Below, piece by piece: positions 1 through 8,808 of a DNA stretch of 32,912 nt; position 1 is the first letter of the stretch; every line of letters starts with the position of its first letter. Under the pieces are notes generated by a model, which was given only the letters and a program-made list of their open reading frames with translations, ran no database searches and was not told where the DNA came from. The translations under genes and the position numbers were made by a program. Source of the DNA: Gaiellaceae bacterium (lineage in GTDB: Bacteria > Actinomycetota > Thermoleophilia > Gaiellales > Gaiellaceae); the NCBI GenBank assembly GCA_046716705.1, contig JBKJWA010000261.1, forward strand, positions 1 to 32,912, read 5' to 3'.

Positions 1-225
1 CCGGCGGCGATCCGGAACCGATGGGAGACGCACACCGTGCTGATCGAGGACAGAGACGACCACTTCATCGTCCGCCCGGTGCCGGAGGATCCGATCTCCG
101 CTTTCCGGGGGAGCTTCAAAGGACGCGGACCAGGAAGTGAGGAAGCAAGGCGAATAGCGCGAGAGGAAGAGCGGCGTCGCGAGGAGCAGAAGTGGGGCCA
201 CCTCAAGAGCGCGCGCCGCAGGTAA
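1..225 (+). CDS. vapB: AbrB/SpoVT-fold VapB-type antitoxin, 5'-truncated by the window edge
   Basis: Frame 1 is open from base 1 to TAA 223-225. The translation PAAIRNRWETHTVLIEDRDDHFIVRPVPEDPI resembles the C-terminal strands of a swapped-hairpin antitoxin, followed by a charged Arg/Glu tail. It overlaps the start of the PIN gene by 34 nt. The ORF-track start (GTG 37) is probably internal. Confidence 0.6.
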   Translation, partial: PAAIRNRWETHTVLIEDRDDHFIVRPVPEDPISAFRGSFKGRGPGSEEARRIAREEERRREEQKWGHLKSARRR

Positions 226-650
226 CGCTCCTCGACGCGTCGTGCCTCATCGCGCTCGCGGAAGACGAGCCGGTGGCGGCAGAGGTCGAAGCGCTGCTGC
301 GACACGAGTCGACCGTCATTACGTCCGTCAACCTGCTGGAGGTTGCCGATTACCTGACGCGCCGCGCGGGGTGGCCGGAGGACGAAGTACGAAGTCGACT
401 GGCGCTTGTCGTGGGCCACGTCGTGCGCGTTGAGCCCGTCGGCGAGGAGGAGGCGTGGCGCGGAGCGCGTATTCGTGTGCGCTATTACGAGCCGAAGATC
501 TGCGAGCTCTCACTCGCAGACTGCGTGCTGCTGGCGTCGTGTCGCGCCGACGACGCCGTCGCAACCTCCGACCCAGCGGTTGTCGCCGTCGCACGCGCGG
601 AGGGAATCGACGTCATTCCTCTGCCCGACTCGAGCGGTCGGCGCCCGTGA
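192..650 (+). CDS. vapC: PIN-domain ribonuclease toxin (VapC family)
   Basis: 152-aa ORF starting at GTG 192. The four conserved PIN acidic positions are recognisable (LLDAS near the N-terminus, NLLEV, SLADC, TSD). It has the typical overlapping antitoxin-toxin arrangement. Confidence 0.85.
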   Translation: MGPPQERAPQVTLLDASCLIALAEDEPVAAEVEALLRHESTVITSVNLLEVADYLTRRAGWPEDEVRSRLALVVGHVVRVEPVGEEEAWRGARIRVRYYEPKICELSLADCVLLASCRADDAVATSDPAVVAVARAEGIDVIPLPDSSGRRP

Positions 651-1665
651 GGACTCGCTCGTAGAGCGAGAGCGTCCGGTGCGTCATCCGCGCGACTGAG
701 AAGAGCGACCGCGCGCGGCCGACGCCGAGCGTGCCGTACATCCAGTCGCCAAGCACCGTCTTGACGTCGCGCGCGAGCGCCTCGGAGTCGTCAGGCGGAA
801 AGAGCAAGCCGGTCATGCCGTCGGCGACGAGCTCCGGCGCCGAGCCTGCGTCGGCGGCCACCACGGGCCTCCCGGCCAGCATCGCCTCCAGCATTGCGAG
901 GCCGAAGCCTTCCCAGCGCGCGGGGTGGACGACGACGTTGCAGCGCCGGTAGAGGGCCGCGACGTCTCCTACACGCCCCGGCATGAGCACACGGTCGGCG
1001 ACGCCCAGCTCACGCGCGAGCGCCTCGAGCTTCGTTCTCTCCGGCCCTTCGCCGAGCACGAGCAGCGTCGCGTCGGGGATCGACGGCAGCGCGCGGATCG
1101 CGGTGTCGACGCCTTTTTGCGGAGCGAGCCGTGCAACACAGAGCAGCAGTGGTGCGTCATCGGGAATCGGCAGCTCCGGGTTCTCGCCCCACGGCTCGGG
1201 CAGCTCGTCGAGCCCGTAGTGGATGGCCTCGAGCTTGTCCGCGGGCAGGCCGACCTCCTCAACGCTAAAGCGTTTCACTGCCTCGCTGATGGCGATGATC
1301 CGCCTCGCCCGCCGCGCGAGAAGCCGCTCCACGAAGCGCCACGGGCCGGCGCGGAACGGATCGGGGTTGTGCTTCGTGGAGACGATCGGCGTGCGCGTCG
1401 AGACCGCGCCGTAGACGTCGGCGTGCACGAGGTGCGTGTGCACGAGGTCCGGCTTCGCTCGCCGAAGTGCCCCGCGGAGCTGCCAAGGCCGCGTCAGGCG
1501 CTCGAACGGGACCTCCAGCTCGTCGTAGAACGGGTCGGCGCCGGGCATGTCAAGGCCGAGGAACCTCACGTCAACGCCCTTCGCGGCGAGCGCCGGCAGC
1601 AGCGTCAGCAGATGCCGCTCCGACCCGCCGATGCCGCCGATCCTGTGGACATGGACTATCGCCAC
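613..1665 (-). CDS. GT4-family (GT-B fold) glycosyltransferase
   Basis: 350 aa. N-terminal GGIGGSERH motif and C-terminal HPARWEGFGLAMLEAMLAGRPVV (E-x7-E type motif). Last gene of the asnB operon, with a 10-nt overlap with the upstream methyltransferase. Confidence 0.9.
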   Translation of the reverse strand: MAIVHVHRIGGIGGSERHLLTLLPALAAKGVDVRFLGLDMPGADPFYDELEVPFERLTRPWQLRGALRRAKPDLVHTHLVHADVYGAVSTRTPIVSTKHNPDPFRAGPWRFVERLLARRARRIIAISEAVKRFSVEEVGLPADKLEAIHYGLDELPEPWGENPELPIPDDAPLLLCVARLAPQKGVDTAIRALPSIPDATLLVLGEGPERTKLEALARELGVADRVLMPGRVGDVAALYRRCNVVVHPARWEGFGLAMLEAMLAGRPVVAADAGSAPELVADGMTGLLFPPDDSEALARDVKTVLGDWMYGTLGVGRARSLFSVARMTHRTLSLYERVLTGADRSSRAEE

Positions 1666-2291
1666 GCGACGGCGAGATACATGAAGCGGAAGCGCAGAGC
1701 GGCGCGGGCGAGCGGCCCCGAGCGCTCGAGCAGGCGGCCGAGGGCGAGAGCCGGTCGCGGCAAGGACTTCGTGCTCGGGATGAAGAACGGCCGCAGCGCG
1801 ACGTGCGCGAAGCCGGCGGCATGCAGGTCGGCGGTAACACGTTCGACCGGGAACTGCCGCGGATTGAAGTCGAACACGAGCTTCCGCTGGGTGTGCCCGG
1901 CCGCGTGGCGGAAGAACGCGCGGTGGTCCGTGACGTACATCATCGCGCGGAACACGGCGGTCACCGCCACGGGCTCTGGTGGGACGTAGCTGTTCATGTC
2001 GCCGACCTCGGCGGGCGCTCTTCCGCCGAGCCGCCGCCGCGCAGCCTCCACCATCTCAGGCGTGACGTCCACCGCCCGGTAGCGGAAGCCTCGCGCCAGG
2101 AGCAGCTCGCCGAGGGCGCCGTCGGCACAGGCGAGCTCGAGCACCTCGTCGCCCGGCTCGAGCGGCGGGCCGATCGAGAGCAGCAGGTCGAGGCGGTGCT
2201 CGACGTACGCGGCCGGGTTGGCGTACTGCCGGTCGGTCCAGTCCTCAGCGGCTCGCGCGTACTGGTCGGCTTTGGGATCGGAGACGGTCAT
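1656..2291 (-). CDS. class I SAM-dependent methyltransferase
   Basis: SAM-binding motif I is VLELACADGALGELLLARG, followed by YRAVDVTPEMV. ATG 2291 (MTVSD...) is chosen; the ORF-track start at 2309 is also possible. Confidence 0.85.
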   Translation of the reverse strand: MTVSDPKADQYARAAEDWTDRQYANPAAYVEHRLDLLLSIGPPLEPGDEVLELACADGALGELLLARGFRYRAVDVTPEMVEAARRRLGGRAPAEVGDMNSYVPPEPVAVTAVFRAMMYVTDHRAFFRHAAGHTQRKLVFDFNPRQFPVERVTADLHAAGFAHVALRPFFIPSTKSLPRPALALGRLLERSGPLARAALRFRFMYLAVAWR

Positions 2292-3555
2292 AGAGGTCGA
2301 GCAACGCAACGCTCGCGAGGAAGGCTAGTACGAAGTCCCAGGGGACCCGGTAGCGCGTGGCGCCGGCGAAGACGAGCGCGGCGAGCGTGTTGTACGCGAG
2401 CAGGGCTACGAATAGCACGGCAAGCCGATGCGGAAGCCGGAAGAAGCCGACGAGCGCGAGGGCGAAGAGGGGGATGATGTAGACAGGCTGCACCCACGTC
2501 CGCACGTCGTCGACGAAGGTCCCAGCCTCGGATCGCCCTTCGGTCTGGAGGGCGCGCGGGTCCCAGAGCATCCACGCAGCCTGGCCCATGAGCTTCGCCT
2601 TCTCTCCGGGATGCTCCCTCCAGAAGTCGAGCACCTCCCGCCGGTAGAGGCGCATCTGCGCGCACTCGTCGGCGGCCGTCGGCGTGCCGGCGAGCGTCAG
2701 GTCGGCGGCGAGCTCGGGCCACGGCGGCGCGCCGGGCAAGTTCGGCACGTCGTCGATGAACTTGCCCGCGGCGAGCGTGTCGTACGTCGCGAGGTTGTTC
2801 GCCTTCCAGAGCGCGCGCGAGTCGGTGGTGATCGTGAAGCAGCCGACGTTCGCCTGGTTGCGCACGAGCCATGGCAGCAGCGCGATCACGCACGTCGCCA
2901 GCGTCACCCCGACCGTCTGCCAGCCTCTCCGGCGCCAGAGGAGGTAACCGCCGACGACGAGCGGCAACAGGACGAGACGCGAGTTGCCGAGAATCGCGAG
3001 TCCGAGCACGACTCCCAGCAGCGCAGGTGTTCCGAGCCCGCCGCGCCGCTCGCCGACGAGAAGCGTGAGCAGGACGATCGCTGCCAGCAACAGTTGATCG
3101 AGGATCTCGCGATTGACGTGGACGTCATGCCAGACGAGGTACGGGTTGAGCGTGGCGATCAGCGCGGCCAGCAGGCCAGCCCGCGGCGAGAGGAACCGCC
3201 GTCCAATCTCGTAGATCAGCAGCGCGGTCGCGGCTGCCACGGCGAGCTGCGCGAAGCCGACCGTCCACCACTCGCGCCCCACGATCCAGTAGATAGGAGC
3301 GAGAAAGAACGAGTACAGCGGCTGCGTGAAGGCGGACGGCCTGCCCGCGATGAAGCCGAACGTCCCGTCGTCGACGAGCACCTGCGCGAACCGGTCGCTC
3401 TTCTCGGTGAACGCCGCGAGGATGTCGCTCCGCTCGTGGAGGAGGACGGCGAGCCGCGGCACGATCGCGGCTGCGGCGACGAGGGCGTATGCGGTGCGAC
3501 GCGTCAAGTGTCGAGATGGGTCCGCTGCCACAGCTCGAGCATGAGCAGGCACCAC
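2245..3555 (-). CDS. polytopic GT-C-fold glycosyltransferase (ArnT/PMT, GT39/GT83-like)
   Basis: 436 aa with many predicted TM helices. Layout and motifs are like phospholipid-carrier-dependent glycosyltransferases (loop after TM1, LIYEIGRRFL, LNPYLVW). Start uncertain: GTG 3555/3552/3531, or TTG 3507, which would form a TTGA overlap with the asnB stop. Confidence 0.8.
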   Translation of the reverse strand: MVPAHARAVAADPSRHLTRRTAYALVAAAAIVPRLAVLLHERSDILAAFTEKSDRFAQVLVDDGTFGFIAGRPSAFTQPLYSFFLAPIYWIVGREWWTVGFAQLAVAAATALLIYEIGRRFLSPRAGLLAALIATLNPYLVWHDVHVNREILDQLLLAAIVLLTLLVGERRGGLGTPALLGVVLGLAILGNSRLVLLPLVVGGYLLWRRRGWQTVGVTLATCVIALLPWLVRNQANVGCFTITTDSRALWKANNLATYDTLAAGKFIDDVPNLPGAPPWPELAADLTLAGTPTAADECAQMRLYRREVLDFWREHPGEKAKLMGQAAWMLWDPRALQTEGRSEAGTFVDDVRTWVQPVYIIPLFALALVGFFRLPHRLAVLFVALLAYNTLAALVFAGATRYRVPWDFVLAFLASVALLDLYDRLRSQSRPVRASR

Positions 3556-5339
3556 AGCCCGTGCGCGTGGTCGGCGCGGCCCTCCACGTGTTCCCTGAGC
3601 AGTCGCTCGACGGCGCGTGGCCGCAGCTGCCCGCGATTGCGCGCGCGAGAGTCGAGAAGCACGTCGCCGGCGAGGTCACGCAGGCCGTTCCGGAACCAGT
3701 CGGCGAGCGGCACGCCGAAACCGGACTTGCCGCGCTCGGCGATGTCGTCGGGGAGGTCGTCTGCGAAGGCGCGCCGGAGCGCCTCCTTGCCGCGCCTGCC
3801 TTTCACCTTCAGCTCGCGCGGCAGCGAGACGCCGAGCTCGAGCACCTCCCAGTCGAGGAACGGCGAGCGCAGCTCGAGCGAGTGTGCCATCGACGCGATA
3901 TCGGCCTTCAGCAGGAGATCGCCGGGAAGGTATGTCTGGATGTCGAGCAGCTGGAGCCCGGCGATGCCGTCGGCGGGCGGCGGGCCGAGGAGCTGCCAGG
4001 CCGGGGCGGGACGGGGAACGAACTCGGCGTCGAGCAGCTCGACGCGGTCCTCGGCGGGGAAGACCTCCACCAGCCTGCCGTACCGCTCTCCCGGTTGCGA
4101 GGCAGCTGCCTCGAGCAGGCGGGCCGCGCGAACGACGGTCGACCGGCGCTCTCGCCCCATGGAACGCAGCGCTCGGGCCGCGGCCCCGACGCCGGGCACG
4201 TGCAGCTTGCCGGCCAGCTCGTGCGCGACGTACCGCTCGTAGCCGGCGAACGACTCGTCTCCGCCGTCGCCGGTGAGCGCCACGGTGACATGCCGCCGTG
4301 CTGCCTCACAGACGAGGAAGAGCGGCAGAGCCGCGTCGTCTCCGAGCGGCTCGTCGAACGACTCCGCGAGGCGCGGCAGTGCCTCTGCCATGTTCCCTTC
4401 GAGCTCGATCTCCTCGTGCTCCGTCGCGTAACGCTCGGCGACAGCGCGCGCGTAGCGGCGCTCGTCGTAGCCCTCGTCGCCGAAGGCGACGGTGAAGGTG
4501 CGCACGGGGTGCGTGGACGCCTGCGCCATGAGGCCGACGACGATGCTCGAGTCGATGCCGCCCGAGAGCAAAGCGCCGAGCGGCACGTCCGAGATCAGGC
4601 GACGGCGGACGGCGGCTTCCACGCGCTCCCGGACGAGCGCGAGCCAGTCGCCGTCGCTCTCCGGCCCGAGCGGCTCGAGCTCCGCATAGCGCTCGACGCG
4701 AACGTGGCCGTCCTCGGCCACGAGCACGCTCGCCGGCGGCAGCTTCTCGACGCTCTGCAGGCCCGTCCCGCCGGGGACGTACTGGAGCGCGAGGTACGCG
4801 TCGATGGCGATCGGGTCGACCTCGCGCGACACCCGTGGCAGGCGTAGCAGCGCCTTCAGCTCGGAGGCGAACGCGAGCGAGCCGTCCGGGAGCTGCGCCC
4901 ACAGCAACGGCTTCTTGCCCACGCGGTCGCGGGCGAGCACGAGGCGCTCGCGCGTCCGATCCCAGAGCGCCACCGTGAACATCCCTGACAGGTGCTCGGC
5001 GAATCTCGACCCGTACTCCTCGTACAGGTGCGGGATGACGGGTGTGTCGCCGGTGCCACGGATCTCGTGCCCGCGTTGGGCGAGATCCTTGCGGAGCTCG
5101 AGGAAGTTGTAGATCTCGCCGTTGAAGACGGCGACGACGTCTCCGGCCTCGTTCTCGACGGGCTGGCTGCCGGTGACGAGGTCGATGATCCGGAGGCGGC
5201 GGTTGCCGAGCACGCAGCGGCCGAACGCGTCGACCGAGCCCTCATCGGGGCCGCGATGGACGAGCGCGGCGTTCATCCGTTCGACGACCGCCCGGTCTCC
5301 CTGGCCGGACGGTGCTAGGAATCCGCAGATGCCGCACAT
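3504..5339 (-). CDS. asnB: asparagine synthase (glutamine-hydrolysing) family amidotransferase
   Basis: 611 aa beginning MCGICG (Ntn catalytic Cys2). Contains the SGGIDSS PP-loop motif and full-length AsnB-like organisation. Confidence 0.9.
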   Translation of the reverse strand: MCGICGFLAPSGQGDRAVVERMNAALVHRGPDEGSVDAFGRCVLGNRRLRIIDLVTGSQPVENEAGDVVAVFNGEIYNFLELRKDLAQRGHEIRGTGDTPVIPHLYEEYGSRFAEHLSGMFTVALWDRTRERLVLARDRVGKKPLLWAQLPDGSLAFASELKALLRLPRVSREVDPIAIDAYLALQYVPGGTGLQSVEKLPPASVLVAEDGHVRVERYAELEPLGPESDGDWLALVRERVEAAVRRRLISDVPLGALLSGGIDSSIVVGLMAQASTHPVRTFTVAFGDEGYDERRYARAVAERYATEHEEIELEGNMAEALPRLAESFDEPLGDDAALPLFLVCEAARRHVTVALTGDGGDESFAGYERYVAHELAGKLHVPGVGAAARALRSMGRERRSTVVRAARLLEAAASQPGERYGRLVEVFPAEDRVELLDAEFVPRPAPAWQLLGPPPADGIAGLQLLDIQTYLPGDLLLKADIASMAHSLELRSPFLDWEVLELGVSLPRELKVKGRRGKEALRRAFADDLPDDIAERGKSGFGVPLADWFRNGLRDLAGDVLLDSRARNRGQLRPRAVERLLREHVEGRADHAHGLWCLLMLELWQRTHLDT

Positions 5340-6069
5340 GGAAGAGAAACGGTACGCGGTCGTTTCCTGCCACGTCGAACGACCGCTCGACGACGACTGC
5401 TGGCGCCGCTTCTCCCGGCTACAGGAGCGGCGGCCGGGCGGCTTCGCGATCGCCGCCCTGCTACGCCCGCCGGACGCGGCCGCCGGTGAGGACGCCGAGC
5501 TGTGGCTCGAGCGCGCCCGCGAGGCGGCCGGGCGCGGGCCGCTCGGCCATCACACTCACTTCGTCGGGCCGGCGCATGCGCGGCCGGCGGCAGGGGGCGC
5601 CGAGCACGCGGAGCGGGTTCGCAGCGAGGCGCTGTGGCTGCGAGAGAACGGCCTGGAGCCGCGGCTCTTCTGCGGCGGCGGCTGGTACATCGACGAGCAC
5701 GTCGCTTCGCTGCTGGCCGAGCTCGCGTATGCGGACTGCACGGGCACGGCGTTCGTGCCGCCCTATCTCGACGATGACGCGCCGCGTCTCTCCGCCGAGG
5801 GCCCGGCGTGGCTGTCTCTCCCCGACGGCCAGCAGCTGCTCGAGCTGCCGTCCACGCACTCGCTCGGCATGGCGGCGCGGGCGGTCACGAGTGCGCTCGC
5901 GCCGTACGTCCACGTGTACTTCCACGACACGGACTTGCTGTCCGCAAGACGTCGGTCCGCCTTGCGGTGGACACTCGCATTGCTCCGGCGGCGCTGCGAG
6001 GCAACCGATCTCGATCGCCTACGGACGGCGCCCGACGGGCTCCCCGAGCGGGACTTCGCCCTAAACTGA
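5329..6069 (+). CDS. hypothetical protein, weakly polysaccharide-deacetylase-like
   Basis: The ORF reads through 5122-6069, but only the part after the asnB start looks coding. ATG 5329 has an AGGA 8 nt upstream; ATG 5338 is the alternative. SCHVERPLDD, GHHTHF and CGGGWYID are faintly reminiscent of deacetylase metal/catalytic motifs. The functional call is weak. Confidence 0.55.
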   Translation: MPHMEEKRYAVVSCHVERPLDDDCWRRFSRLQERRPGGFAIAALLRPPDAAAGEDAELWLERAREAAGRGPLGHHTHFVGPAHARPAAGGAEHAERVRSEALWLRENGLEPRLFCGGGWYIDEHVASLLAELAYADCTGTAFVPPYLDDDAPRLSAEGPAWLSLPDGQQLLELPSTHSLGMAARAVTSALAPYVHVYFHDTDLLSARRRSALRWTLALLRRRCEATDLDRLRTAPDGLPERDFALN

Positions 6070-6076
6070 CAGCTCC

Positions 6077-7591
6077 GTGGCAAGCGAGCCCGCGCCCTCG
6101 GAGCAGCCCGCCGGCGCGCCGGACGAACGCCGCGACCTCGGGGACATCCGTCGCGGCAGGCCGCTCGGCCTCGCCCGCGCCCAGCTGCGGACGATCACGT
6201 TCCGTGTCGGCGGCGTCGCCTGCCTCATCGCGCTCGACATCGTCGGCCTGACCATCGCCATCTATGCAGCTCTCGTCCTGCGGGACGTCTACTACGGCAA
6301 CACCGTGTTCTGGGGGATCCTCTGGGGAGAAGCGCTTCCCGACTATCTGCCGTTCGCCGCGCTTGTGACCGTGCTCGTGTTCTCGCAGGCGCGGCTCTAC
6401 GCGACGCGCGAGCGGCGGCCGGGGTTCGGGCGGATCGTCTCGTCGATCTTTCTCGTCGCGCTGCTGACGTTTGCCTTCGGCGTCGGCATCGGCCACGAGT
6501 TCTCGACCTTCGGCCTCATCCCCACGACCGCGGTCTTCGCCGTCGTGCTCATCGGCCTCTTCCGGGCGAGCTACGACGTCGTCACGCGCGAGATCTTCCA
6601 CCTCCTCGGCATCCGCCGCCGCGCGGTGCTCGTGGGCGAGGGCGACCACCTCGTCCACCTCTACAGGACTCTCGGCTCCGGCCGCAGCGGCATCGACTAC
6701 GAGCTCATCGGCGTCGTCACCGCCGAGGAGGAGTCCGACGTGCCGCTGCCCCGGCTCGGGAGCGCCGACTCGCTGCGGGCGGTCCTCGCCCAGCATCCGG
6801 TGGACGAGCTGATCGTCACCGACACGGACTTCGGCGAGCGCGAGCTGCTCGAGCTTGTCGACCAGGCGCATCGCTCGGGCGTTCGGATCCGCATCGCGCC
6901 GCGGACGACTGAGCTGCTGACGAAGCACGCCGACTACGTGCCGGGACAGGGCATCCCGCTGTTCGAGATCACACCGCCGGTGCTCGTCGGCACGGATTGG
7001 GCGCTGAAGCGCGGCTTCGACGTCGTCGTGTCGCTGCTCGTGCTCGTGGTCGGCCTGCCGCTGTGGCTCGCGATCGCCGCCGGTGTGAAGCTCTCCTCGA
7101 GGGGGCCTGTGCTCTACCGCGACCGCCGTGTCGGCCTCGGGGAGCGGGAGTTCGGGATGGTGAAGTTCCGGACGATGTACGCGGACGCCGCGGAGCAGCA
7201 GGCAGAGCTCGAGGAGGCGAACGAGGCAGCTGGGGCGCTCTTCAAGATCCGCGACGACCCGCGGGTGACGCCGCTCGGGCGGTTCCTGCGCCGGTACTCG
7301 CTCGACGAGATCCCGAACGTCGTCAACGTCCTGCGCGGCGAGATGAGCCTCGTCGGCCCGCGCCCGCTGCCGACGCGCGACTACAACCTCCTCGAGGAGT
7401 GGCACCTCAAGCGCTACCTCGTGTTGCCGGGGATGACGGGCCTTTGGCAGATCTCGGGGCGGTCGAACCTCTCCTTCGACGACCTCGTACGACTCGACTT
7501 CTACTACCTCGACAACTGGTCGATCTGGCTCGACATCTCGATCCTCGCGCGCACGATCCCGGCTGTGATCTCTAAGCGGGGCGCGTACTGA
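6077..7591 (+). CDS. polyprenyl-phosphate hexose-1-phosphate transferase (WbaP/WcaJ-like, bacterial sugar transferase family)
   Basis: 504 aa. The C-terminal catalytic domain has KFRTM, DPRVTPLGRFLRRYSLDEIPN and MSLVGPRP motifs. The N-terminal half has 4 TM helices plus a Rossmann-like VLVGEG...ELIGVV module. Confidence 0.9.
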   Translation: MASEPAPSEQPAGAPDERRDLGDIRRGRPLGLARAQLRTITFRVGGVACLIALDIVGLTIAIYAALVLRDVYYGNTVFWGILWGEALPDYLPFAALVTVLVFSQARLYATRERRPGFGRIVSSIFLVALLTFAFGVGIGHEFSTFGLIPTTAVFAVVLIGLFRASYDVVTREIFHLLGIRRRAVLVGEGDHLVHLYRTLGSGRSGIDYELIGVVTAEEESDVPLPRLGSADSLRAVLAQHPVDELIVTDTDFGERELLELVDQAHRSGVRIRIAPRTTELLTKHADYVPGQGIPLFEITPPVLVGTDWALKRGFDVVVSLLVLVVGLPLWLAIAAGVKLSSRGPVLYRDRRVGLGEREFGMVKFRTMYADAAEQQAELEEANEAAGALFKIRDDPRVTPLGRFLRRYSLDEIPNVVNVLRGEMSLVGPRPLPTRDYNLLEEWHLKRYLVLPGMTGLWQISGRSNLSFDDLVRLDFYYLDNWSIWLDISILARTIPAVISKRGAY

Positions 7592-7593
7592 TC

Positions 7594-8808
7594 GTGAAGC
7601 CTCCGAAGATCCTCGCCGTCGCGTCCGCTGTCGACCTCGACTTCCGCTACGGGTGCACGCCCGCGTGGTGGCAGCTTTGGAAGGGACTGCACGAGGCCGG
7701 CGTCGACCTCATCGTGACGCCTTACCGGGGCCGGCCCGTCGAGGCGCCTTGGTGGCGCACCGAGCCGAACCCGTGCTACCGCGAGGGTGAGCTCTTCGCC
7801 GGCGGCCGCGACCTTGTCGCCCGCATCAAGGGCGACACGCACATCCGCCGCGCAGAGGAGAGCCCGCCCGACACGGCCTCTGACCGCCTCGTTCGCGACG
7901 TCATCTGGCGCTGGGTGACGCCGCGCTGGCAGCGCCACCTGGAGCGGATCCTCGAGCGCGAGGGGAACGTCGACGCCGTTGTCGTCTTCACGGTGCCGAT
8001 GAGCCACCTGCGCGGCGTGGCGACGAGGCTCCGGGAGCGGTTCTCCGTACCGGTCGTCTTCTACGACGGCGACGTGCCGATGAGCCTGCCGGAGTTCGGC
8101 GGCATGGACACCGGCTTCAACTACTACCACGGCGCCGATCCCTCCGAGTACGACCTCGTTGTGTCGAATTCCGAGGGCGGCCTGGAACGGCTGCGCGAGC
8201 TCGGCGCGCGGCGCGCTGAGGCGGTCTTCTGGGGCGCAGACCCCGAGCTCTTCCGGCCGCTGCCGGTCGAGAAGCAGACGGACGTCTTCTTCTACGGGTA
8301 CGGCGAGAAGTTCCGCGCCGAATGGATCGACGCGCTCGTGATCGAGCCGAGCCGTCGTCTGCCCACCGTGGACTTCGCGCTCGGCGGCAACGACTTTCGT
8401 TCGGACACCGGCGCCGCTCGCTACGCGGGAGACGTACCGTTCAACGTCTTCTCGAACGCGATCTCTGCCGCACGCATCAACCTCAACATCACGCGGCTGC
8501 CGCATGCGACCGTGCCCGCCTCGTCGACTTCTCGGCCGTTCGAGTTGGCGATGTCCGGCGCGGCCATCGTCTCGAACCCGCACGAGGGTATCGAGCGCTG
8601 GTTCGAGCCCGGCCGCGAGTTGGTGGTCGTCGACGGCGCAGACGACGCCGTGGCGACGTACGAGGAGCTGCTGAGCGAGGGAGGACGCCTGGAGGAAATG
8701 GGTCGCGCAGCCCGCGAGCGCGCTCTCGACGAGCACACGTACCTCCATCGCGCCCGGCAACTGCTGGACCTTGTCGGCGCGCGCTCCGGTGCGGCGGTCG
8801 GTGGCTGA
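7594..8808 (+). CDS. CgeB-like / DUF3880-type glycosyltransferase-like protein
   Basis: 404 aa. GTG 7594 lies 2 nt after the upstream stop. The C-terminal block INLNITR...SRPFELAMSGAAIVSN...ERWFEPG...LV is typical of the CgeB-family GT-B C-domain. Confidence 0.7.
   Translation: MKPPKILAVASAVDLDFRYGCTPAWWQLWKGLHEAGVDLIVTPYRGRPVEAPWWRTEPNPCYREGELFAGGRDLVARIKGDTHIRRAEESPPDTASDRLVRDVIWRWVTPRWQRHLERILEREGNVDAVVVFTVPMSHLRGVATRLRERFSVPVVFYDGDVPMSLPEFGGMDTGFNYYHGADPSEYDLVVSNSEGGLERLRELGARRAEAVFWGADPELFRPLPVEKQTDVFFYGYGEKFRAEWIDALVIEPSRRLPTVDFALGGNDFRSDTGAARYAGDVPFNVFSNAISAARINLNITRLPHATVPASSTSRPFELAMSGAAIVSNPHEGIERWFEPGRELVVVDGADDAVATYEELLSEGGRLEEMGRAARERALDEHTYLHRARQLLDLVGARSGAAVGG

Noticed and set aside
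925-4847. Plus-strand ORFs 925-1989, 1467-2477, 2428-4242 and 3489-4847 opposite the asnB operon.
   Set aside because: They have no motifs and biased Arg/Glu/Pro composition. Each is antisense to a minus-strand gene with a clear family assignment.
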